From positions 1,922-65,921 of the forward strand of contig DIFM01000038.1 of NCBI GenBank assembly GCA_002419135.1: a DNA stretch of 64,000 nucleotides, in the 5' to 3' direction. A program made the translations under genes and the position numbers. Origin of the DNA: Dehalococcoidia bacterium UBA5748. Lineage in GTDB: Bacteria > Chloroflexota > Dehalococcoidia > Dehalococcoidales > UBA5627. A model generated the notes under the pieces. The model had not been told where the DNA came from. It did no database searches and worked only from the letters and a program-made list of their open reading frames with translations. Every line of letters starts with the position of its first letter. Within the stretch, counting starts at the first letter, position 1. Of this stretch, positions 54,922 through 63,595 are shown one piece after another.

Positions 54922-57651
54922 CTACTCCATCTGCCCCCAGTTCTTGCCGGCCTTGGTTTCAACTTTTAATGGAATGCTGAGCTTTATGGCTTCCGACATC
55001 TCTTTTACCGCCAGCTTGCGCATCTTATCCATTTCATCATCGGGGACTTCGAAAATAAGCTCATCGTGTACCTGCAACAATATAGAGCTTTTCAGCTTAA
55101 GCCTTTCCATTTCTTTATCCAGTTTTACCATAGCCACTTTTATGATATCGGCGGAGGTTCCCTGAACTGGCATATTGATTGCCATACGCTCGGCGGCTTC
55201 ACGCAGGTTGCGGTTGGATGAATTGACTTCCGGAATTAGCCTTTTCCTGCCCAGAATCGTCTGCACATAGCCGGCTTCTCTTGCCTGTTTCTTCGTTTCT
55301 TCCATATATTCTTTAACACGCGGGTATTTTTCGAAATAGGCGCTGATGAACTTTTCCGCTTCCTCGCGATTAAACTCGGTAGCCTGTTCCAGTCCGTAGC
55401 CGCTCATGCCGTAAATGACGCCGAAGTTGACGGTTTTTGCCAGACGCCGCATATCGGCAGTGACTTCGCCTTTATCCACTCCGAAGAGCCTGACAGCAGT
55501 ATCGGTATGAATATCTCCGTCGCCGGCGAAAGTCTCGAGTAACTCCGGGTCTTTCGATAGATGAGCCAGCGCCCTCAAATCGATTTGCGAATAATCAGCC
55601 GATAATAATTGATAGCCGGGCGGGGCGATGAACGCCTGTCGGATTTCCCTTCCCGGTTCTCCGCGCACCGGAATGTTTTGCAGGTTGGGGTCGCTGGATG
55701 ACAGCCTGCCCGTGGTGGTCTTGGTCTGGTTGAAGCTGGTATGCAGTCGTTTGGTTTTGGCGTTAACCATCTGGGGCAGGGCATCGACATAGGTCGATTT
55801 GAGTTTGGTTAACTGGCGATATTCGATAATGAGTTCTATAATCGGGTGCTGTCCTCTTAATTCCTCCAAAACTGAGGCATCGGTGGAGAATCCGCTCTTG
55901 GTCTTGCGCGCCGACGGCAGTTTCAGGTCTTGAAATAAAATCGGGCTTAACTGCTGTGTCGAATTGATGTTGAAACGCCGTTTTGCCTGTTCATAGATAT
56001 CTTCTTCCAGTTCCAATAGTCTCTTGCTGAGCCTGGCCGATATTTCTGAAAGCAGGTTAATATCCAGCGCAATTCCTTTTAGCTCCATTTTGACCAGAAT
56101 CGGCGCCAGCGGCATTTCCACATCGGCAAAGAGCCTCCATAGTTCCTGTTCTTTCAGTTCTGCTGTGAATAGTTTATCCAGCCTGCCGGTGTTGTCCGCA
56201 TCGGCGCAGGCATATTTACCGGCAACGGATACTTCCACCTGTGACATATTGATTTGCTTCTTGCCGGTACCGATAAGCTCGGTGATATCCGCCATCTCGA
56301 TATCCAGACGGTTAAAAGCGAGCGCTTTCAAGCCGAGAGATTTCTCTCCCAGAAGGTATGCGGCGACCATAGTGTCGGAAACAAGATTATTAACGCTTAT
56401 GCCGTACTGCGCCAGAATCTCCATATCGAACTTGGCGTTATGGGCAATCTTTTTTATCCTTTCATCTGCAAAAACGTGCTTTAGCTTTTCGATAACCTGT
56501 TCGACCGAAAGCTGTTGAACCTGTTCCCAGCCGATATGCCCTACGGGAATATAATATGCCTCTCCGGTTTCGGGCGATATGGAAATGCCTACCAGTTTAT
56601 CGGACATTGTATTTAGTCCGGTGGTCTCGGTATCGAAAGCAAACGAGCCTTTCTCTTCCAATCTTTTTTCCAGTTTATCAAGGGCTTCAATGGAACAGAT
56701 GATGTTATATTTAATCTCGACTTTTTCTGACATATCGAAGCTGAGTTGCGGGCAGGCTGCTTTATCAGGCTTTGCGCTTTCTGCTCCCGGAAGCCGCGAA
56801 AGCAGTTTGGTAAACTCCAGCTCATGGAAGAAAGCTACTGCCTTATTGCGGTCGAAGTTGTTTATATCGGATTTATCGAGGTCAAGCTCAATCGGCATAT
56901 CACGGGCAATGGTTGCCAGAACCTTGCACTTACGCGCGATTTCTTCGCTTTGCTGCAATTTTTCCTGCAGTTTAACGGGGGTTACTTCGTCTATGTGCTT
57001 ATATATGTCTTCAACCCCGCCGAAGGTTTGAATCAATTTAACGGCGGTCTTATCGCCGATGCCGCTTACACCGGGGATGTTGTCCGATTTATCGCCCACC
57101 AGCGCTTTTAAGTCGGCGATATGTTCGGGAGGCACGCCGTACCTGTCGTTTACAGTCTGCGCTTCGTACAGAATGGTATCGCCGAAGGAGCTTTGCGGTT
57201 TGGGATAGAGCACTTTTACGTTATCCGATACCAGCTGCATTGCGTCGGCATCTCCGGTAACGATAACGCTTTCGATTCCCTGTTCGCTGGCTTTTTTACT
57301 GAGCGTGCCGATAACGTCATCGGCTTCGTATCCGTCCATTTCGAAGATGGGGATATTAAAAGAGGCTGCCAGTTCCCGGGCTCTTGCCAGCTGGCTGACC
57401 AAATCATCAGGAGTAGTGGGTCTATTAGCCTTGTAATCGGCAAACATTTCCTTGCGAAAGGTGGGAGCCTTGCGGTCGAAAGCGACGGCATAGTAATCCG
57501 GTTTCAGTTCATTCAAGATTCTAATCAGCATATTGGCGAAGCCGTAAATAGCCTGGATTGGCTCACCTGTTTTTTTAACAGTCAGGGGCGGCATGGCATG
57601 ATAGGCGCGGTGCACAAGAGCATTGCCGTCAATCAGTAGTATCTTTTTCAT
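54922..57651 (-). CDS. polA: DNA polymerase I
   Basis: 5'-nuclease N-terminus (MKKILLIDGNALVHRAYHA), 3'-5' exo ExoI FAFDTETTGL, polymerase motifs LSADYSQIDLR, RRLAKTVNFGVIYG and QVHDELIFE. ATG at 57651 preferred over the track start at 57684. Confidence 0.95.
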   Translation of the reverse strand: MKKILLIDGNALVHRAYHAMPPLTVKKTGEPIQAIYGFANMLIRILNELKPDYYAVAFDRKAPTFRKEMFADYKANRPTTPDDLVSQLARARELAASFNIPIFEMDGYEADDVIGTLSKKASEQGIESVIVTGDADAMQLVSDNVKVLYPKPQSSFGDTILYEAQTVNDRYGVPPEHIADLKALVGDKSDNIPGVSGIGDKTAVKLIQTFGGVEDIYKHIDEVTPVKLQEKLQQSEEIARKCKVLATIARDMPIELDLDKSDINNFDRNKAVAFFHELEFTKLLSRLPGAESAKPDKAACPQLSFDMSEKVEIKYNIICSIEALDKLEKRLEEKGSFAFDTETTGLNTMSDKLVGISISPETGEAYYIPVGHIGWEQVQQLSVEQVIEKLKHVFADERIKKIAHNAKFDMEILAQYGISVNNLVSDTMVAAYLLGEKSLGLKALAFNRLDIEMADITELIGTGKKQINMSQVEVSVAGKYACADADNTGRLDKLFTAELKEQELWRLFADVEMPLAPILVKMELKGIALDINLLSEISARLSKRLLELEEDIYEQAKRRFNINSTQQLSPILFQDLKLPSARKTKSGFSTDASVLEELRGQHPIIELIIEYRQLTKLKSTYVDALPQMVNAKTKRLHTSFNQTKTTTGRLSSSDPNLQNIPVRGEPGREIRQAFIAPPGYQLLSADYSQIDLRALAHLSKDPELLETFAGDGDIHTDTAVRLFGVDKGEVTADMRRLAKTVNFGVIYGMSGYGLEQATEFNREEAEKFISAYFEKYPRVKEYMEETKKQAREAGYVQTILGRKRLIPEVNSSNRNLREAAERMAINMPVQGTSADIIKVAMVKLDKEMERLKLKSSILLQVHDELIFEVPDDEMDKMRKLAVKEMSEAIKLSIPLKVETKAGKNWGQME

Positions 57652-57820
57652 AGCCTTATTATAACAGACCGGGGGAGAAGGCATTTAGATATCTGCCTTA
57701 CGACTAAATGATGGATTTTTAATTTTCAATCAGCGTAAATAATTTACTGTTAAAATATGCGTAACAGCATTTCTTCCCTTTTAACTTTTATTTTAGTGGA
57801 TATATTAGGTGTATTTGCTA

Positions 57821-58675
57821 TTAATTCCCTTTGCATAATTGGGGTTCCTGTGTTTTTAAATAACATTGACTACATTGAGGTTTGCTTTTGGTACATATTG
57901 CTCCTTGATATTCAGCACAAAATATCCAAATAACACTGTCAATGTATTTGCGAGATTCTGTTAGTGTGTCCGCAATAGTGATGCCAATTTGTCTGACATC
58001 TTTTTGTCTTTGAGACACTTTTATCTTTGTTTGATCAAGGTTAATCTTATTAAAAAAGCGGATCGTATGCGCATCGGGCTTAAACTCATCTATGCCTATA
58101 TTATTAAAAAATTCACAACATATAGATAAACGAACATTCCGAAGTTTATAATTACTAATAGGGTCTGTGAAACATTTTATCAAAGAGTCAGCTTTTGCGC
58201 GGACATAACAGTTATTAGCATTATCATATGCTGAATTATTTAAATGACTTGATATCAAATTACAAACCGATCCGTGCTTTATGATAATGTGTTGAAATAT
58301 TTTTGCGTTATCGCGGATAGAAAATAATTCATCTTCAAGGAATCTTGCCTTTACTTGACTCTTGTACTTAGTATAAAGACTCGTCATATAGCTATCAGTT
58401 AGTGTTGCAACCGTATTTATATTATAATTGCATAAATCTATCTTCAGTGGCTGTAAAATATTTTGTATAGAAGACCACGTAGCTTGTCTTGATAAAATAG
58501 CTTTACTTAGCCCTTCTAAAATATCTGAATCACTTCTTTGGCATGAATGAGGATATAATTTAATATTTTTTAATACATTCGGTTTTAAAGTATTAAGCGT
58601 TTTATTAATACGGTCTATTAATATTCTACAATCTGATACCGAATACACATCAATATTCATATTTATCAACTCCAT
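57821..58675 (-). CDS. divergent HhH-GPD superfamily (endonuclease III-like) protein with Fe-S cluster loop
   Basis: …LSKAILSRQATWSSIQNIL… (ILSQxT-type helix). …FKPDAHTIRFF… (the vDtHvxR catalytic-Asp context of Nth-like enzymes). C-terminal CTKSKPQCSQCYLKTQEPQLC (C-x7-C-x2-C-x9-C). Strongly AT-rich (line 58201-58260 has 15/60 G+C). Confidence 0.55.
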   Translation of the reverse strand: MELINMNIDVYSVSDCRILIDRINKTLNTLKPNVLKNIKLYPHSCQRSDSDILEGLSKAILSRQATWSSIQNILQPLKIDLCNYNINTVATLTDSYMTSLYTKYKSQVKARFLEDELFSIRDNAKIFQHIIIKHGSVCNLISSHLNNSAYDNANNCYVRAKADSLIKCFTDPISNYKLRNVRLSICCEFFNNIGIDEFKPDAHTIRFFNKINLDQTKIKVSQRQKDVRQIGITIADTLTESRKYIDSVIWIFCAEYQGAICTKSKPQCSQCYLKTQEPQLCKGN

Positions 58676-58714
58676 ATTATATTATTAAAACCTGTATTAT
58701 TTTCTGATTTGCTA

Positions 58715-58999
58715 TTAACCTACAGTTTCCTCTTTTTCACTTCTATCTTTCATTAAAGCCAAAGGCAACAGACCTATCGGGGTTAAAATGCCGAAAAACA
58801 TCCATGCCCAGTGCCTGTTCTTTAACTTTGCCCACAGATAGCATCCATATAAGGACAATCCTAAACCGAGTGCAGCTAAAACAAAATGTAATGGCACAAT
58901 ACCTAAACCCAATGAAATACAATAATTTGCCGATACATTAGCAAACCACCAGATTAACCACCCGAAAAACACTGATAATGTCCTTGCTGTCGTTCCCAT
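58715..58999 (-). CDS. small 3-TM membrane protein
   Basis: 94 aa, three hydrophobic helices. AAGGAG SD. Sits between the WYL regulator and the HhH-GPD gene on the same strand. Confidence 0.5.
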   Translation of the reverse strand: MGTTARTLSVFFGWLIWWFANVSANYCISLGLGIVPLHFVLAALGLGLSLYGCYLWAKLKNRHWAWMFFGILTPIGLLPLALMKDRSEKEETVG

Positions 59000-59057
59000 T
59001 TAAACTCCTTTTTATTTGTGTTAATTGATTTCATTAACACTTTTCGGACATTATCGT

Positions 59058-60059
59058 TTACTCTTGCGACACCCCTGTGTCAAAAACTCTATCCCTCCTT
59101 GTAAATTTTTTGCATTTTTTTAGCGTATCGATTACCTTTGCACGGATTTCTTGCGGTTCGAGCACTTCGACTTTTTCTCCCCATCCCAAAATCCATGAAT
59201 AAAAATCCTGGGTATCGGTAATATTTAGCGTCATTATCATTGAGCCGTCGGCTTGTTTTTCCAAAACCTGGGAGGGGTGCCAAATGGTTTCTTCCATGAT
59301 TTTCATAATAGTGGTGTCTTTAATCCTGAGTTTTATTGTTTTTACTTCTCCGCCGGTGATAATTCCCCAAGATGCCCCGAAAAATTTATTAGCGTCGAAA
59401 TCATCTCGAACCTTATAGTGTTCATCTGTAAGTTCTGCTGATTTTATGCGCTCTAATTTAAAGGTGCGCACAGCATCCTTCAAGTGGCAATATCCGATAA
59501 CATAACAGGCATGGCCAGGTGCTGCCGGTTCGATAAAATACGTGTCGATCATGCGTTCATTCGGTTCTCCAGCCGCCAGCGATTGATAAAATATTTTCAG
59601 CTGACGCTGTGAAATCCACGCTTCGGCTATTGTGGATAGAATCTTTTGATATTTTTCATCTTTGGGGAGTTTATGCATCCATTCCATCGTTTTATTAACC
59701 TGCTGGGAAAGGGCAGGCGGTAATACTCCATTCAGTTTTGTAAATGCGGTCTCTATATAAGGGTCGTAGCGGTTTGAATAATTCAACATCAGGCGTGCTG
59801 CCAAAAATATGTTCAATGCTTCAGTGGGAAGGAATCGTATCGGCGGCAAAAAGCTGCCTTCGGCTATTTGCCATTTTTGCCCGGTATTGAATACGGGAAC
59901 TTTTAAATCGGTTCCGAGCGATATCATGTCTCTGTAAATAGTTCTGACATCAACATCGAATTTATCGGCCAATTTTCTTGCGGTAAAGCCATCAGGATTG
60001 TTAGCTAAAAGAATCCAAATCATGCTAAGTCTTTCGGTTTTGGGTAGCCTGTCGCTCAC
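59058..60059 (-). CDS. WYL-domain transcriptional regulator (HTH-WYL-WCX; BrxR/CapW-like architecture)
   Basis: N-terminal HTH (…FTARKLADKFDVDVRTIYRDMISL…). Central WYL-type domain (…IDTYFIEPAAPGHACYVIGYCHLKDAVRTFKLERIKSAE…). C-terminal …WILGWGEKVEVLEPQEIR…. GTG start behind AGGAGG. Confidence 0.85.
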   Translation of the reverse strand: MSDRLPKTERLSMIWILLANNPDGFTARKLADKFDVDVRTIYRDMISLGTDLKVPVFNTGQKWQIAEGSFLPPIRFLPTEALNIFLAARLMLNYSNRYDPYIETAFTKLNGVLPPALSQQVNKTMEWMHKLPKDEKYQKILSTIAEAWISQRQLKIFYQSLAAGEPNERMIDTYFIEPAAPGHACYVIGYCHLKDAVRTFKLERIKSAELTDEHYKVRDDFDANKFFGASWGIITGGEVKTIKLRIKDTTIMKIMEETIWHPSQVLEKQADGSMIMTLNITDTQDFYSWILGWGEKVEVLEPQEIRAKVIDTLKKCKKFTRRDRVFDTGVSQE

Positions 60060-60072
60060 GCAAACCTCCTGC

Positions 60073-60111
60073 AGTAATATCTGGTGAAATTATATCACTT
60101 AGTATATTACT
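60073..60111. promoter_or_regulatory. nested inverted repeats upstream of the WYL regulator (candidate operator)
   Basis: AGTAATAT (60073-60080) and ATATTACT (60104-60111) flank an inner GTGAaattatatCAC, 14-52 nt upstream of the GTG start. Confidence 0.3.
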
Positions 60112-60223
60112 AAAAAATAGGAAAAGTTTAAATTACAGATATTTATATGGATTAATTTTGACGATGGGTTGTCAGAGCACGCTTGTATAATTAACTTAAA
60201 AAATGGGTTACAGGAGAAAAGAA

Positions 60224-60325
60224 ATGAATGATACGATTATCAATGAAATTTACGAGGAAATACTTGAAGACGACATAGATATCTATAATGAGAAGAATAA
60301 ACCGGAATGTATATATGCCAATTAA
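60224..60325 (+). CDS. possible 33-aa acidic micro-protein, divergent from the WYL regulator
   Basis: MNDTIINEIYEEILEDDIDIYNEKNKPECIYAN. AGGAG about 8 nt upstream. Extended -10 TGTATAAT at 60184-60191. Confidence 0.25.
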   Translation: MNDTIINEIYEEILEDDIDIYNEKNKPECIYAN

Positions 60326-60440
60326 ACGAATCAGTATAATAAACAGGATACTTAATCGGAATTATTTTTCTAAAAGTCCATTTACATCTCTCTAAAAAGT
60401 GATATTATTATCGAAGTAATATCTCTTAGCGGAGGGAATT

Positions 60441-60590
60441 ATGGGAAAGGGTTCTTCAGGACCGGCTCTGGGTGGGGCAATCTGGTTTATCGGGTGGCTG
60501 TTCACCATCGGTTATGCACATCTGGTATGGTGGAAAATAATACTCGGCATCTTTGTCTGGCCTTTGTTTTTGGGGCAATATCTGGGATAG
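60441..60590 (+). CDS. possible 49-aa two-helix membrane micro-protein
   Basis: MGKGSSGPALGGAIWFIGWLFTIGYAHLVWWKIILGIFVWPLFLGQYLG. GGAGGG 4 nt upstream. Below the 60-aa ORF-track cutoff. Confidence 0.4.
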   Translation: MGKGSSGPALGGAIWFIGWLFTIGYAHLVWWKIILGIFVWPLFLGQYLG

Positions 60591-60685
60591 ACTGAAGCCA
60601 TCTATTATTGTGTTGCGAATAAGAATTCGAAGCCGCTTCCTTCCCCCGACGGGTCGGGTCTTAATATGAGCGGCTCGCGGTCTAT

Positions 60686-60730
60686 TGTCATTCTGAGGGA
60701 GTCCCGGTTTATAGGGACGACTGAAGAATC
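60686..60730. repeat. repeat family C variant
   Basis: tgtcattctgagggagtcccggtttatagggacgactgaagaatc shares both termini (tgtcattctg…gaagaatc) with 28403-28439. An inverted partner-like segment lies at about 60753-60779 (ctcttcgttttgctcagagtgacaa). Confidence 0.7.
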
Positions 60731-60907
60731 TAAGAGTCATCGTTTTGCATTTAGACTCTTCGTTTTGCTCAGAGTGACAAAACCACTCTCCCCCTGATGC
60801 TTCGTTCGACCACTACAAACTCAGCATGACAATAAAAATTCTTTAGTTATCAGTGCCGACATATCGGCAAATGATTTGTGAGCGTATCTACAGTCAAGAT
60901 TCGATAA

Positions 60908-61303
60908 TCAGTATACTACCGGATACCCGGCGCTTATCCACGCATTGATGCCGCCCTGCATATTGTAAACTTCCGTAAACTCCAGCCTTTGCATAATACT
61001 CATCACAGAGGCGGTGCGGTTGGCGGTGCGGCAATAAATCAGGTAGGTTTTATTCTTACCGTAGGTATCCAGTGTTTCTTCGAAATCATCCTCATAATAA
61101 TCTATATTAACGGCGTTTTCTATATAGCCGGAGGCATATTCGGCAGGTGTGCGTACATCCAGTATTATAAAATCGGGGTTGTTTTTATTTTCCTGAATCA
61201 GGGTATAACACTCCTCCACGCTTATATCTTCAAAACCTGCGCTACGCGAAATACTGCATGACATAACGGGTATTAAAAGCGCAATCACCAGTAAAACGGA
61301 CAT
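60908..61303 (-). CDS. rhodanese-domain sulfurtransferase, secreted/lipoprotein-like
   Basis: Signal MSVLLVIALLIPVMSC. …FIILDVRTPAEYASGYIENAVNI…, active-site loop YCRTANRT, …GGINAW…. Confidence 0.85.
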   Translation of the reverse strand: MSVLLVIALLIPVMSCSISRSAGFEDISVEECYTLIQENKNNPDFIILDVRTPAEYASGYIENAVNIDYYEDDFEETLDTYGKNKTYLIYCRTANRTASVMSIMQRLEFTEVYNMQGGINAWISAGYPVVY

Positions 61304-61307
61304 CGGC

Positions 61308-61610
61308 CTATGAATGTATATCCTCGTCTTTATGCACTGTGTAATCATCGGTCTGTATAGTCTCCTCGTTTATTTTTTCCACTTCGATGGTGCATTCGGT
61401 TATCAGTGCGGCAAAAGCGCCGATGGCTGCCAGAAGCGGTGCTGCCAGAATACCGATTGCCGCCGCGGGAGCGCCGATGGATAGGGGAATGTCGATAATG
61501 GTCTTGTTGTCGTGAATTATGCGTACTTTCCTGATGTTTCCTTCGTGAATCAATTGCTTGATTTTCGCCAGTAACTCATCTCCGGATACGGTAAATCTTT
61601 CAGTATTCAT
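61308..61610 (-). CDS. DUF4342-like protein
   Basis: …FTVSGDELLAKIKQLIHEGNIRKVRIIHDNKTIIDIPLSIGAPAAAIGILAAPLLAAIGAFAALITECTIEVEK… matches the DUF4342 pattern as I recall it. Confidence 0.7.
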   Translation of the reverse strand: MNTERFTVSGDELLAKIKQLIHEGNIRKVRIIHDNKTIIDIPLSIGAPAAAIGILAAPLLAAIGAFAALITECTIEVEKINEETIQTDDYTVHKDEDIHS

Positions 61611-61686
61611 AGCTTTAGTCCTTTAGTTTGATCCCAATTAAAAACATATTAATTGAACATTTATGCGGTGTCAATGGGTGTTTATT

Positions 61687-61790
61687 ACCTCACCCCTGTC
61701 CCCTCTCCGTCCACGGAGAGGGGAATTAAAAGAATGTGCTGGTGCTAACCCTCCCTCTCCGCACGCGGAGAGGGAGTTGGAGGGTGAGGT
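61687..61790. repeat. nested GC-rich hairpin element (repeat family F)
   Basis: Outer 9-bp stem acctcaccc (61687-61695) / gggtgaggt (61782-61790) encloses two hairpins: cccctctccg/cggagagggg (61700-61723) and ccctctccgc/gcggagaggg (61753-61774). Confidence 0.85.
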
Positions 61791-61906
61791 TTGACATGTT
61801 AATTAAAAAAACCGGGAAGCAAATTCACCTGATTCGGATAGAAGTCATTGTTCGGGCAATGTAATTCGTGATATACTTTGTGCATATTGTAAGAGACAGG
61901 TGTTCA

Positions 61907-62845
61907 TTGAAGGGTAAAGATTTATTATCGGCAACAGATTTAAGCAGGGAAGACATACAGCTATTGCTTTCGGATACCGAGGAGCTCAAATTAAGGGGTG
62001 GTAGTACATCTCTCAGTGGAAAAGTCCTGGCATTGTTATTTGAAAAGCCCTCTTTGAGGACACGTGTCAGTCTGGAAGTTGCCATGAATCAACTGGGCGG
62101 TAAGGCAATCTATTTATCTCCTGCCGAAGTGGGATTGGGCAAACGTGAGTCCGTTAAAGATGTTGCCTGCGTCCTATCCCGTTTTGCCGATATCATCGCG
62201 GCGCGAACCTTCAGCCATAAGACCGTTGAAGAGCTGGCGGAGTATGCTACGGTGCCGGTGATAAATGTGCTTTCGGATTTCGAGCATCCCTGCCAGGCTC
62301 TTGCCGATGTGTTTACCTTGTATGAAAAGAAGAGTGAGATAAACGATTTAACCGTAGCCTATATCGGGGACGGCAATAATGTCGCTAACAGCCTGATGCT
62401 GGTGTCGGCTATATGCGGAATCAATTTCAGAATTGCTTCCCCTAAAGGCTATAAAGTGGAAGAAGCCGTTTTGCAGTTGGCGCAGACATATGCTTCAGAA
62501 AGCGGAGCCGAAGTGCTTTGCCTGGATGACCCTAAAATGGCTGTTAATGGTGTCGATGCGGTATATACCGATACCTGGATTAGTATGGGGCAGGAAGAAG
62601 AGGCTGAAAGAAAGCGAAAAGTGTTTAAGGGATATCAGGTAAATAGTGAACTGATGTCGCTGGCAAAAAAAGACGCTGTATTTATGCACTGTCTGCCGGC
62701 GCATCGCGGCGAAGAAGTTACCGATGAAGTAATGGACAGCCCGGCTTCGGTTGTTTACGACCAGGCTGAAAATCGCATGCATGTTGCCAAGGCTTTGTTA
62801 CTGTATCTGCTGGGCGGGCTGGAGATACAGCTGGGTTATCGATAA
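61907..62845 (+). CDS. argF: ornithine carbamoyltransferase
   Basis: …FEKPSLRTRVS…, …HPCQALAD…, …HCLPAHRGEEV…. Start uncertain (TTG 61907 preferred; GTG 61868 is the track start). Confidence 0.9.
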   Translation: MKGKDLLSATDLSREDIQLLLSDTEELKLRGGSTSLSGKVLALLFEKPSLRTRVSLEVAMNQLGGKAIYLSPAEVGLGKRESVKDVACVLSRFADIIAARTFSHKTVEELAEYATVPVINVLSDFEHPCQALADVFTLYEKKSEINDLTVAYIGDGNNVANSLMLVSAICGINFRIASPKGYKVEEAVLQLAQTYASESGAEVLCLDDPKMAVNGVDAVYTDTWISMGQEEEAERKRKVFKGYQVNSELMSLAKKDAVFMHCLPAHRGEEVTDEVMDSPASVVYDQAENRMHVAKALLLYLLGGLEIQLGYR

Positions 62846-62861
62846 GAGGGAGGTTACTAAA

Positions 62862-63542
62862 ATGTTTATAACCATGCTCTCCCGCGGTTGGCCTTTAATT
62901 GTTATTGCCGGTCTTGCAATAGCAGGTGTATTGTTGCATTGGCCTATTGAAGTTATGGCAATAATAATGGGCGTTATCCTCATTGTCGGGCTGGTGATTA
63001 TAGGCGTAGAAGCCCGTGAAAAAGAGGTAGAGCGCAATTCGCAGAAACTGAAAGAGCTTACCGGATATTTTGTACGTCGCTTTATGCTGGATTCATCTCT
63101 ATCAATCTTCGCTATTATAGATACCATCTTCAAAGTGGATAACCCGAAACTGTGGGAGTGGGCACGTGCCTGCGATATGTCGGCGCGTGTTTTTAATGCC
63201 TGGGTGAACGGGCTTATTTCCCGTCTCGAATCCGATAACAAAACCGGAAGATTCAGCATCTATCTCAGGGCATATACCAATGAATTATGGACAATCAATA
63301 ATCTTTATTACGAATATATCGAGCAGTTTTGTGAGGTTGTTGAAAAAATCGAAGTTCCCGAAGAAACAAAGGAACAATACGGTAAATTCGTAGTCGAATA
63401 TAATACATTCGTTACCCAGTTCCGTGAGCTGATATCCGAAATGAGGAGGGTTGCCCGTACGGAAATCGAGCCTCCCGGCATTAAAACAGCCAGGGAAGTA
63501 GCTCCGGTTACAGTGCAATATTCTTCATTAAAAAATAAATAA
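62862..63542 (+). CDS. hypothetical membrane-anchored protein
   Basis: ATG 62862 behind AGAGGGAGG. Two N-terminal TM helices then a helical soluble domain. The track start at 62751 lies inside argF. Confidence 0.5.
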   Translation: MFITMLSRGWPLIVIAGLAIAGVLLHWPIEVMAIIMGVILIVGLVIIGVEAREKEVERNSQKLKELTGYFVRRFMLDSSLSIFAIIDTIFKVDNPKLWEWARACDMSARVFNAWVNGLISRLESDNKTGRFSIYLRAYTNELWTINNLYYEYIEQFCEVVEKIEVPEETKEQYGKFVVEYNTFVTQFRELISEMRRVARTEIEPPGIKTAREVAPVTVQYSSLKNK

Positions 63543-63595
63543 TTCTTACCTTATAATAGGTTTTAATCAGGTATAGGGGAAGTCCGGAGGGGTTT

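Noticed and set aside
55575-57639. Several 70-170-aa ORFs on both strands inside polA
   Set aside because: All are alternative-frame or antisense artefacts within a 909-aa polA carrying every expected motif.
18890-61795. Could the many short palindromic repeats be a CRISPR array?
   Set aside because: The copies belong to at least five different families, occur singly or in mixed blocks kilobases apart, and lack regular repeat-spacer periodicity. No cas genes are present.
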